Source: Eledone cirrhosa
Taxonomy: Eukaryota
Direction: 5' to 3'
DNA: 64,000 bases
NCBI GenBank assembly: GCA_964016885.1
Contig: OZ024741.1
Coordinates: forward strand, 376,216,001 to 376,280,000
The notes under the pieces are model-generated. The model was given only the letters and a program-made list of their open reading frames with translations, ran no database searches and was not told the origin of the DNA. A program made the position numbers and the translations under genes. Of the stretch, positions 39,740 through 52,050 are shown piece by piece. Each line of letters begins with the position of its first letter. The first letter of the stretch is position 1.

Positions 39740-40350
39740 ATACAAACAAACCGAACATTATAATAAATGTTCGGTAAACCCATACGTACATATATATATG
39801 TGTGCATGTATGTATATATATACATACTACTGTACATCTGTATACATATATGTATGTACGTATACATACTTATATTTAAGTATCAGCCGTACTAAGAGTG
39901 AGAAAGGAAATTTCGTTTCATTCTTTTCCATTTATCTTTTTCTCTACGCCCGGCGGACTAACTCACTCGATATGCAAACTAGGCTGCTCAGCCGTTAATA
40001 TGCATAAGGAAAGTATATACTTTCAAACGTTCAATCATCTGACAGGAAGGTATACGCTGCTGACGATAGCTAATAAGCTTTAAACTAGTTCATCGTTCCT
40101 TTGTCAGTATTGAAAAAAAAGGGCAACGATGGTTGCCGAACACTGTACGGCTTAATTCGGGCTGTTTGTTTACAAACAAACCGAACATTATAATAAATGT
40201 TCGGTAAACCCATACGTACATATATATATGTGTGCATGTATGTATATATATGCATACTATTGTACGTCTGTATACATACATATATGTACGTATACATACT
40301 TATATTTAAGTATCAGCCGTAATAAGAGTGACGAATTAAATTTCGTTTCA
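39740..40350. repeat. Tandem copies (~430-bp period) of the family at 10501-11256
   Basis: TACAAACAAACCGAACATTATAATAAATGTTCGGTAAACCCATACG occurs at 39741 and 40171. Confidence 0.85.
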
Positions 40351-40526
40351 TTGTTATCCATCTATATATATATGTATATATATATATATAAAAGTTATTC
40401 CGGGTTGAATCGGAGGTAACCACAGTAAGTAAGGTGCTCAATACAAAGCAGAATATAAATGTTTAATATAGAAAAGCTTCTACAGGACCAGAACTGTTTC
40501 ATTCATGAGAAATCACACACACATAA

Positions 40527-40563
<37 letters not shown>

Positions 40564-41271
40564 TATATATATAGCAAGTGTTTTAACACGCCCAAGTAAA
40601 CATATATTCCTAATAAAACGTACTATATTCGTATTCGTTTCATAATTATTTTTTATCTTTTAAATCAGAAATAACTTACATTACATTACAGACAGATTGA
40701 GCCCGTGGATACGCTGGAATTTTTGCATGACAACTTGTACAGCTAAAAATAACAGCTAAATCTTCTGCAAATCACTCAATGGCGTTTTAAAAACGGAAGG
40801 GTACATTAAGTAATTATGTGGTAAAATGGTGTTCAATAATGGGTATGCAATTGTGTAATTATCTGAAATGCATGCTCATTGAATTGGCCTGTAATTGGCT
40901 TAGCATTCCACAGATACGTGTACCCCTAACGCAATATCTTGCTTATCCAGAAAGCAACCATCTTAATCATTCGTCCATAGTGTATCATAGATGCACCTAA
41001 AATATCAGGAATATCACAGGTGGAATGTCTTTGGGGATAGAACTGTGCGGTCAGGATTGACCATGAGCTAACCATCTACAACATCACTTCGAGAACCACC
41101 ATCTCCGACAGCCCCACCGTCACCACAAGCACTATAATTACAACTGCAACACCAACAAAAATAACATCAGCAAGAACAAAAGCAAGAAATCTCGAAATCG
41201 CAACATCTGAAGGTAATCGGAAAATTATACAAGACTCGAGTTTCGTTTATTTTACTACATTTTATCCATGA

Positions 41272-42238
41272 CTAGCAGCTGGACCCGGCGTTGCACGGGT
41301 AGGAAACGTGAAATAGCAACACGCATATGCAAAGATTGAGGAATATAGCTGTGTATTTTTTAAATTCCTTTATTCTCAGGGAATGATTGTTCATCTACTG
41401 AAAACGTAGAACACCAGCAGGCCGAATCCAGTAGTAGCAGTGTCAGTAGGCTGATTGCAGAAATCCTGTATGCGAAAGGAGTAAGTGTGTGGGTCGATGT
41501 ATGTCGTAAGTCTGTTCACAGATGGGGAACACACTGCGTTTACACAGCAACAAAGGTGCGACAAAAGGGGTCACCGTGGAATTAGCACAATCGCTGTTCA
41601 GCGTACTTGCACATGGCGTTCATATTGCGGTGTAGGTGCAATAAAAGGGGTCTTAGTAGAAGTAGCACAGACATGAGTTTTACGGTGTCAATAACACACC
41701 AACGTACACAGGGCCCGGATTTGTGCGTGATGAAAGCACAAAGCGTCAACAGGGCGCCGACAAAAATTTTAAGCTCCTTCTCATTACCTTAATCTCCCGA
41801 AAATGGTCCTGTTTAAAAGTAAGTAAGTGTTGTTTCCTCTGTTAAATAAACCAAATTTTAAACAAAATATTACACGCTACTTACGATGTTTAAGTAGTAT
41901 TTATATTGAAAATGAAAATGGCATGTAATGCCCAATGCTAATTTGTAAATTTATTTCGTCCACAGCAATGCGAGGGGAAGAACTAATGTGTGCTGCAAAT
42001 GTCGATGAAATCGGCTGGATTATCCTTATTATTATTATCGGCTGGATTATCAAAAAAGCCTAAAAATGCCTTTAAAATGCGCTTTTTTGCAGAAAAAGTT
42101 AAATCTCTTTTAGCCCATTGCACTTCAAAAATATAAGTAACGCATGTGTAAAGTTTGAAAAAATTCGGTCGGGTCCTTCTTGAGTTTTAGGGATTTACAC
42201 ATACAGACAGACATCTCTGTTTTATATATATATAGAGA
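41272..42238 (-). mobile_element. Non-autonomous Helitron
   Basis: Minus strand runs TCTCTATATA...ACCCGTGCAACGCCGGGT hairpin..GCTAG, inserted at A|T. Confidence 0.85.
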
Positions 42239-42829
42239 TTATAATGTTTAAAGTCGATGCCGGCTATATTTCAGTAGTTTTATACATAACAAAATCGTAC
42301 ATTTCAAGTCGGAATACATGTCTAAACCTTGAATAGAGACAGTAAAGGTGTTCAAAATTAACACCTTGGGGGTAAGCCGGAATCCGACTTTAAATCAGCA
42401 AATAAGTGTTCCTCCGAATTCTTAATAGGAAGTACCCACCTCCACCTGCGACCAGATACTCGCTTGGAGTTCTTCTCTCTGATGACAGGCACATCATCAC
42501 GAGGGAGTTAGACTAATTTGCTAATCTTCTAAATCCGGTCACAACAACATCTGCTGATGTACATAAGGCTGAATACACCGGAGAATTGAAAAGCGCAAAT
42601 AACGTAAGGCATCTGTGTGGGCGGATGAAATTTGGCTCGAGATGTTAAAAGTTTTAAATAGAGAAGGTAATCCCTGGCTGACTCGTGTGTGTTTGGAGGC
42701 CTGTGTCTGTGGAAATGCCACAAAGCAATCCCAATTTCCAATGAGAAACAGAAGCGTTTGCTCTAATTATGTAAGAAAATCTTGTTAACCATTTTTGCTA
42801 AAGATCAATTCAAAGTGTCCGTGATAGAG

Positions 42830-43830
42830 ATGTAGGGATATTATCAAATTTAAGCTAGATGATCAAGAGCATAGTCTTTGCCACAGACGCAGAACAGTCA
42901 ATCAATTATTTACACTGCGGCAGGTTTTCAAGAGATCGTGTGAGTAGTAAGCTTACTTTGTAGGAATTGAAAATACATGTGACCGTTTTCCAAGGGATTT
43001 GTGGACGGTTCTGCAGAAGTATGGGATCGATGGACAGCTCCTTGTTGCTCTGATGTCTCTATACGAATTCTGTAATATTTGTGTTTAGGTAATTAGTGAT
43101 AAGTCGAAACCATTCAATGCAACTGTCACATTCTACAAGGAGTTAATACTGTCACGTCTAGTTTTCATAATCTTCATCAACAGGATTGACATCCGTAGTT
43201 CGGCTGGAAGCGATATCAGGACCGACTGGAATTTGGAGGCGACATGGTACCACTCAAAAGGTTATCTCCGACACACATTGGTGAGTTTTGCTGCACGGCA
43301 GGTATGAAAATCAGTGTTGCGAATCTGAGACACTCGTCCTCCTTCGCAGTGCAATTTGCCTGTGAGTGGAGTTTCAGTGAAGCAGGTAGAGAAGTTCAAG
43401 TATCCCAGGGCCATTTTCGCGAGTGGTGGAAGGCAGGGGGCTGAATTACATACAAGAATTGCAGGAGATTGTGCTGTAATGCTCAAGCTGCAACACTTGG
43501 TCATCAGAAGAAAGGAGGTAGATTAAAAAGTTACATCCACTATCTTCAATTGGGTACCAACCTTGTGTAATGACGGAAAGAGTAAGTGTGACCAAAAGGG
43601 CTTTCTCGAAAGGGTCCTTTGAGTAACATTACTCGATAGGGTGCATAACACAAAGATCAGGACGTCGAGAGAACCTAGCTCCGATATTATGGACATGCGG
43701 TTAGAAGGTCTAAGAGAAGAATCGTTGGACAGATTTACGGGAAATCCAGTGGGAGACTTCGAGCAAGATATTTGCATAACATCCATGAGGTCGGTTGGCC
43801 TCGATTGGAGATCCAGCCAAATTAAATAGA
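42830..43830 (+). mobile_element. Highly decayed RTE-like LINE RT fragment
   Basis: LVFIIFINRID, AGMKIS, QVEKFKY across frames. Confidence 0.6.
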
Positions 43831-44239
43831 GATAGTTGCTTCTGATACCACTCGCTTAAAAAAATCTGAATACAAATTTTTGAAACTAAATGCGTCAATG
43901 TACTTCTTGCAGAACTTTACCGATGTTCCCACTCCGTTGCCCTCTCATAAATCATAATATGTAATGAAAATAATTCAGGATCTATTATACATTTTACTAA
44001 ACAACTATACATATTGTGTAAACATTGCCAATCTCATATTCGTATTTATCTTTTATTTAACCACTCGAAGGGTGTAGTTTCTTACGGATACCTAAATCAT
44101 TGTTTTTCTTATTTAAATCCAAATTCGAATAATTTTAGACTGATAAAGTTTAGGCATTTTTTTGTGCAGCTTTCCTTTTAGCTACAATCCAATCCCTTCC
44201 TCTTAGCTAAAATACAATCCAAGCTGCACAAAATGCAGA

Positions 44240-44575
44240 TCTGCGCAATAATGTATGAAAATATGTGATACCTACTCTAGCGGCAACCTGATGCTTTCGG
44301 CCAGCTCCCCACCAGGCCGAAGAGAGCAAACTGTCAAAGTATCGGCCGCTCTCAGTTAGGTTTCTGGTTGAGCCTGTAGCGTGGACACTTCCGGAGTTCT
44401 GGGATCTCAGACACCATCCCTGCTCACTGCCATCGGAGCAGAGTTGGCTGCCCGCAGGTGCGAGCCACGCGGGATGGGGTGGCTTCTCCAGCGTGTCTCT
44501 CTCACCATCCTCCAGGGTAATGTCTTCTCCAATCTCTGGCCGGGACCACGAGGCGGACGACATGGCGGGGTAGCA
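44240..44575 (+). mobile_element. CRE-clade-like non-LTR retrotransposon C-terminal (restriction-like endonuclease) fragment
   Basis: AEESKLSKYRPL..VEPVA, DTSGVLG..LLTAIGAELAARRCEPR..WLLQRVSLTILQGN. Forms a GC-rich island. Confidence 0.75.
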
Positions 44576-46200
44576 CTAGGGTGGCTATGTTCACCTGGAG
44601 TTAATATAAAAAAAAATATAAACCTGATAGGGAAGATCTTTACATTTACATCATCATTCATATAAACTGTTGCTGGCTACTCTAAAAATGCAGCAATATC
44701 AGCACTACTATCACTATTTATTTCAGAAAATGAAACCGAGAACTCCTCGCGAAATAAATAAGGCCTCATAGGAACGTTATCGATCAAAACTAAGCGTTGA
44801 GGACCACTGAAGAATATGGAAAATCATAAATAAAAAAAGATTAAATCCGAACATAATCATATCTTTTATATGACACACATACACACGCACATACGCACGT
44901 ACACACACACACACGCACACATACACAAACAAAACTGAAACACACAGACAAGCACACGGACACACACATACACACAAACACACGCACGCATATATATAGA
45001 TTCTCTCTATGAAATTTCACTCACTATCCGAGGAGGTTTTAGTAGGAAATACTTGAACGAGAAGGCACCTGGTTGCACAGCAAGCTCTTTAACTACAGAC
45101 TATATTCTTCTTAGAATTCATAGCATCCATCGATATTAAAATCAACATTAATGTTAAAAGTTTATTTTTGAAGCACAATGTAATTGGAAATCGTCTTATG
45201 AATGTATATTTTTTAAGCGATGTATAATGGAAATATATTCAATTTAGTGAGATCAGTTTATATGGCTTCAGGTTTTGACATGCTGTTTGAGACATATGCG
45301 CAAAAGGCTTCTTCAATTTTTAAAATACTTAGCATCAACGTTAAATTCAAATTAACACTTGCATATAAGAGACAAGAGATATTTCTCACAATCTCCAGAT
45401 TAGCTTAAATAATTTGATAGTTTCTTTAGAGAAAACACAATGGAAAGAAATGGATTTTGCATGAATAGTGTTTTCAAATTAATTTAAGCTACTGGTGCAT
45501 TTAAATTTCAGTAAATTTTATGCATGTCAAACCACTACGTCTTCCTTTCATTTTGTTCTTCGCCAAATTTCAATTAAGTCACATTATTTGCTGGCAATAT
45601 TTACGTGACATTACGCACGATAAAGCGTAAATTACAGTATTCTGCGAACAGTATTTGATGTCTGCTGTGCTAAAATAGGCAGGGTGCCATGCAAAGAAAT
45701 TACATGATTGCTACTGGTATTAGTGTTTTGTTATTTCAATTGTATTCAACATAGTTACAACGTTTCGGGAATATTAATTTATCTTGAATAATTTTGCAAA
45801 TATTTCCCTCTGAAATTACTGTCTAGCATCTGGCTCTTTTCATGAGCACGTTTGCAGTAATCTTCGCTATATCTCTCACGCACTCTCTATTTCTATCTAT
45901 ATCCGTGTATATCTCTCTACTAAATCATTAAAGGCATTTATAATCACGACTGCAATTATATTTAGACAGAGAGTGATTATATCACCAAAATATCGCTGAC
46001 CCCAATGTGCTGGTAATGCTAAGGATGATGATAGTGGAGGTTGTGATAATAATGATGATGATGATGATAATGATATTGAGAAGATGATGGTGGTAGTGAT
46101 AATAATAATGACGGGAGGTGGAGCAATATTAATGTGAATATGATGATAATATTGCTGTTGTTAGATATGATGATGGTAATGGCGAAGACGATAATGATAA

Positions 46201-46385
46201 TAATTGTTTCTACTTTAGGCACAAGGCCAGCAATTACCTAGTACATTACTGGTACTTTATTTTATCGACCCTGAAAGGATGAAAGGTAAAGTTAACCTCG
46301 ACGGGATTTGAACACAGACCATAAAGGGGCGTAACTATGATAGAAAGCATGACGTCCAACCCTCTACCCATACTGCCAATTCACA
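46201..46385 (-). mobile_element. SINE embedded in (GAT)n/(AAT)n tracts
   Basis: Reverse complement of the trimer unit. Confidence 0.88.
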
Positions 46386-46402
46386 CGACGATAATGATCA
46401 TA

Positions 46403-46437
<35 letters not shown>

Positions 46438-46970
46438 GATGATGATGTTGGTGATGAGGCAACCAATCAATAAATAAAAACAAACAACTAAGACTATAAC
46501 TACTAACAATAATAGCTGTACACATAACCGTTACACACCATTCCCCACTGGAACAAGATAGAAACATTAATATATGCTTCAGATCTCGTATTTAACATGA
46601 CTTGAGATATTTTGTTGATATATGTTATCTAAACAGAGGAAGGATTCTCGTGATATTTTAAATAAAAGCCCAAAAGCTTCGTAGTCAATGGTGGAATATC
46701 TGATAACAGAATTCCAGTGGCGGATCAAATGTTCAGGATTTGATAAAAGTTAAAAACGAAAAACTTTTCTGGTTATTATATATCTTTATTTAAATCGATG
46801 TAGAAGTTTCTCGGATATCACAAAATATATTGGTATATAAATTCTAAGTAGCGGGTGATATTGAAGACAGAACTAACCCTCAATACACACCAACCATGTA
46901 CGCGCGCAAGCACACACATACACGTATATACAGACTCCCTCACACACACGCACGCACACAGACACACATA

Positions 46971-47060
<90 letters not shown>

Positions 47061-47149
47061 TAATAATAAATTTGAAGACTAAAATCCAAAGAGGGCTCGA
47101 TAAGGATAAATATATATCAAATACATAAGAACCGTAGAGCAAATATTTA

Positions 47150-47420
47150 TTAGAATAACAGATTAAAGTTTAAGCAAAGAATCGCTGCTTTCAGCCTTAA
47201 CGGGATCTTCTGAAACTAAAACAGTCAATCTGTGAACGTTCTTTGCCAGGGAACATTTCAACGACCCAAAGTATCGTCTTCCTGTCTTCCTTCGGTTGCA
47301 ACGTTTTTTGAAATATTTACTTCTGCGTTCACAGATTGAGTTTTTTAGTTTCAGAAGAGCCCGTTAAGGGTGAAAGCAGCGATTCTTTGCTTAAACTTTC
47401 ATCTGTCATTTTAATAAATA
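47150..47420. mobile_element. Foldback PLE-end with two CAGAAGA hammerhead-like motifs (47167-47217 minus, 47347-47397 plus)
   Basis: ~47150-47237 is inverted at ~47326-47415. Confidence 0.8.
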
Positions 47421-47499
47421 TATATATATATATATATTTCGTTTCTCAATTTGTTTAGCAAGATTCTTTATCTGAAAACGTGTGTTGAAACCGATATTG

Positions 47500-47675
47500 T
47501 TATACTTTGGGAGGGTCATGTTGCCAATAAGAAACACACGCACCAGATGCTTTCACTTCAATTTATTATAATAAATTTATAAATTCCTAAATTTATAAAT
47601 TTTTTATAATAAATTGAAGTGAACGCATCTGGTGCGTGTGTTTCTTATTGGCAACATGACCCTCCCAAAGTATAA
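47500..47675. repeat. Near-perfect 176-bp hairpin of a dispersed repeat end (single arm at ~24172-24280)
   Basis: TATACTTTGGGAGGGTCATGTTGCCAATAAGAAACACACGCACCAGATGC pairs with GCATCTGGTGCGTGTGTTTCTTATTGGCAACATGACCCTCCCAAAGTATA. Confidence 0.9.
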
Positions 47676-47684
47676 AAAAAAAAA

Positions 47685-47737
<53 letters not shown>

Positions 47738-49364
47738 TGGTTTCTATGCGGCTAATAGGTAGTGTCTTAAAACGACCTATTAAATATCTTGGTATTCGTT
47801 CTAGTTCTCTGCATTGTGTTCAAATTCCACAGAGGACAACTTTGTATATCATCTTTCGGAGCCGATAAATAATGTACGAGGGGATTTGAGGTGTGTCACA
47901 TGGCACTCTGTGTTCTAAACCCGAGCACCCACATCCTTCTGCCTGGAATTGTGACCGGCAGATGTTATCAGTAAATGAAAACCCATGGTTACATAGTTTA
48001 CTCGGTCTAATTTGACGATTGCATCCTCTGTGGGCTAAACCTTCCTTTCATCAATAGATTAAGTACCAGTCTAGTGATGGTGGATTTGTGGGATTGTTGG
48101 ACGGGATGTTTTGAGGTATTTGTTCTAGCATTCTGTGTTCTGAAGTCAAATTCCACCTCTCGTCACGTGAAACGAGGTGATACTTCTGGCAGAGGTACGA
48201 GAAATAGAAACATAGTTTATTAGACCAATATGTCAATCGGCTGCTATCGTTTTTTTCCCTTTGGGATGAGAGAAAAATACTCAATATCATAGCAGAGTTC
48301 AATATTTTATTCAGGCTGATACAGTAACCTGTTACACTAGTTTGTCATCGATGTGTTGTCTGTTCTTCAAACAAGAAAGGTTAGGTGTTGGTTAAAGATA
48401 TACACGTGAGAAAAAGATAGTCAGCATCATAGGTTTGGCTGAATTTGCAAGCTGTATTTTGGAAAGAGTTAGTGTGTAAGGAATTGGGGTATGGTAATAG
48501 ACAGGTTGTGAGATGAAGGAAATTGTAACATAAGTCATTTAAACTTCAGGTGAGCGGGAAAGGGAGATACTAAGAAGATTTAATGTTTCGGTTTAGGCGT
48601 GTACTTGTGTATGTGCGAAGAAATACAGGCTTTAGTATATGTGTGTAAGTACAAAAAGTATTTCAGGGAGATATTTTACTTTTCGTTTGTTCAGATGAAT
48701 TATGAATGGGAGATCTATGGTAGTTGTGTGAGAACAAAACATAATGGGAATAGATGTTCTACCTCCTATTTTATATTATTTGTGTTCCGATTGTGTTGGT
48801 GATCTATCGGGATTTGAAGTTCCTAGAACTAATATGTGAACCCCCCCCCCCACACACACATACACACACCCACACACCCACACACACACACATATATATA
48901 TATATGGAAATGAAGGTTTTAGTATTCTTTGAGTCCCAACATTAGTTATTATTTTTAAACGATTTTTGATGAACGTGAAAACCTTCACATTTTCTGTTAG
49001 GGTGTTGAAATATTCTTCAATATAATGTGTGTATGTGTTAGACTTCCATCGGTTCCGACTACAAGTGCGTTAGTTCTTCGAAAGAACTTACTCTTGAAAT
49101 TAATGTGCAAGTGGCTGGGCATTCCACAAATAGGTGTACCTAATCTAATTCTAGAGAAGATTCAGTCTGGTAGAGTTCGTGACAGGACTGACCCTTCGAA
49201 TTACAGACGCAACTCATTTTCCAGTTGAGATGACTGAAACAATGTAAAATAAAGTTTATTACCGAAGGACGCAGCACTTCCGATATTCTAAGTTTCGTCA
49301 GTTGAATATCGTAAGTACGAAGCCCCAAATCTCCATACACAGTTTAACCTAATACATCTTTCTG

Positions 49365-49735
49365 AAATTAGCACAAGGGCAGAAATTGGGCGAAGGAGAA
49401 AGCCAATTATATCGATTCCATTACATAACTGATTCTTTATTCCATCTGTCCAGAAGGATGAAAGGTAAATTGATTGATCTTGGCGAGATTCAAACTTAGA
49501 ATGTAAAAAGTCGTAACAAAATGCAACAATGTATTTCGCCTGATGCTCTTCAGAAATGCTAATCCACCGCCATAATTGATTAAATAATTATTTCTAATTT
49601 TGGCACAAGGCCAGCAATTATACCAGTGTATTACTGGTACTTTATTTTATCGATACCGTAAGGATGAAAAGCAAAGTTAACCTCGGTGGGATTTGAACTC
49701 AGACCATAAAGAGCCGTAACGTTTTGCTGCAAAGT
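49365..49735 (-). mobile_element. Two adjacent SINE copies (one old, one younger)
   Basis: AGGATGAAAGG..GATTCAAACT and GGATGAAAAGCAAAGTTAACCTCGGTGGGATTTGAACTC. Confidence 0.8.
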
Positions 49736-50409
49736 AATAATAAAGTCGAAGCCATTGAACTGCAAATTCAGTTATGTAATAAGCACGTTTAGCTATTCCC
49801 GTTTCCATCATCAGTAAAAAACAAAGAAACAAAAAAGAAATAAAAAAACTCCGAAAAACCAGAAATAGAATGTAGCTTGATGCTTTCGCGGAAACTAGTC
49901 AGAACTATTTCCTACAAATATTTTAACTTACAAATGTTGAAAGATTTATAAAGTCTCTGCTGCACATTTCATTCCTTCCACTGCAGAAGACACTTCTGAA
50001 AAGGATCTGAAGCTTTTAATATTACGTAGAATATCAGAATTATATTTAAATGTTTGGCTTTGTTTGGCCTTTTTCCATTTATAGTTTGGCTTTACGGTTA
50101 GGTTTAATCTGGCAGAAATTCTGAACTTCCTCCAAAATTTACCAAGAAATTTGAAATGCAATATTCCACAGTAGTGAGAAAAATAATAGTGATAATATAT
50201 AGTAATGTTGTATACGATACCTATATACTGAAGGAAAAGGGGAAAAACAATAATAATAATAATAAACATCAATGACTGAGACTCCAAGAATAACAATAAT
50301 AAAATTAATACTAATAAAGAGTACAAGAGAAGGCACCAAAACATTGCTAGATTGGTTCACTGGAAGTTCTGTCATGATTATGACATGAGCAGTAGCGAGA
50401 ACCAACTGA

Positions 50410-50505
50410 GGACCAACTGAAAATGTTTGCTGAAAACAAACAATATAAGTTCTTGTGGGACATGACCATCCAGTGCGACAATTTTATCGTGACTTGAAAA
50501 CCTGG
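50410..50505 (+). mobile_element. Small R4/Dong-like endonuclease fragment
   Basis: ENKQYKFLWDMTIQCDNFIVT*KP, comparable to the region near 61420-61490. Confidence 0.5.
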
Positions 50506-50509
50506 CACT

Positions 50510-52050
50510 AGGGGCGAAACATAAAGGACAATTCAAAATAACAGGAACAGGGGGATTTACATAAAAAAAACATGTAATAAAAAAAAAACAAGTAACAACA
50601 ATAAATTAATAACAACAGAATTCCCTAATTCACCGAAGGAATACCCAGGGGGTAATTTAGGAAACCCACAAATCTGAAACCACCCTGATATCCAAAAGAA
50701 CATTGGGAAGATGCCCTTCTACCCCAGAACTCTCCAGCCTATTGACGCATGTTTAGAGTAGGCTCATTCAATCGAAATATTTTCGCTACATTTACCTCCA
50801 TTCTTAACAAATATATTGAGAAGGAGAGAGCACTTCCACTCACCTTCCTTTCAAAGTGTTACTGGAAAACGGTGATGAAGGCTTAGCCGAAGAGGAATGC
50901 ACCTGTATTCAGTCCTTGTCGTGTCTACCATGAAACCATTTTCACAACAGTCAGTAGACTAAGAACTGCCCACATGCAACAATAGCTACATAGACACTGG
51001 ATGAGCGCGTACAGAACAGTTTCGTCACTCTACGTGCATTTCGTACAGGTCCATCTGGCAGCACTCCAATCCGAGTACAGTAGTCTCGAACCGGTAGGGC
51101 CTGCAATAATCGGGTTATTTGATTTTAGTCGACGTCTAGTATTTCTTCGAATACGTCGTTGCAGGAGCCCAACACTAGTCCTCTATAGAACGCCAAAGTA
51201 GAATTACTACTGACAAAATTGCCCAACAAGTAGAGGGCTGTGAGCGCTTGACAACCTTCTAGATGCCAGTCATCCAGTATCGGTTTTCCTTTGACCCATG
51301 ATTGCAGCTCAGCGAAAGTGACGGGTCCGTCCTACAAGTAGCAGCAGCAGGTGTTCGACATGAACCCACAAGTCAGCGATACTCGGACGCTAGATGAGTG
51401 CGTGCACGACGGTTTTGTCACCCTGTGCGTAACTCGGACAGGCCCGGCTGACAGCACTTCAATGCCTATAGAGTTTATCTTCAACCGGCAACGCTCTCCA
51501 GTCGCACTGCCATGTTATTCGTGGGGTCTGGACCAAAGGTCCTGCGGAAGAGAATGGCTAGTTGATTTTGGTCGACGCTCAGAGCTTCCCCAAGGACGTT
51601 GCCGCTTTTTCGCATCACTAATCCTTTATAGAACACCAAGGTGTAGTTTCACCCGATGATAGTGCTCGATTGGAAAAGGGATGTGAATACTTGAAGACAT
51701 CCTGACTCCAAGTGTTCCCTCTCAGTCTCCGTTTGACCCAGGATTGCAGCTCCGTCAAGGAGAGGAGGTTGGCAAAAACGTACCAAGCGAAAAGTTACGA
51801 AATCTTTTCACCGATCAAGAAAAGCTGGAGATGCCGTAGCCTCACCGCATGTCACTGCATCATCAACAACAGCATGTCCAGTATCAAGTGGGTGTTGACA
51901 GCGGATGGACCGCCACACTAATCGACCCTATCCCTGCCACACAATGTTAAAGAGGAGACGCTTAAATTTGGTGAGGCTTGGACCGGAGTAAGGCATGATG
52001 GTTAGGCGGTAGTAGGTGACGGACGTGATGTACACGTTCGCCACCTCTAC
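50510..52050 (-). mobile_element. L1/Tx1-like LINE 3' portion, decayed, with internal partial duplication
   Basis: TCTKC..DETVLYALIQC and EVANVYITSVTYYRLT. 51120-51320 resembles 51560-51760. Confidence 0.7.

Noticed and set aside
40395-40515. PLE-end-like fragment with GAAACAG on the minus strand
   Set aside because: Truncated before any catalytic core, so an HHR cannot be supported.
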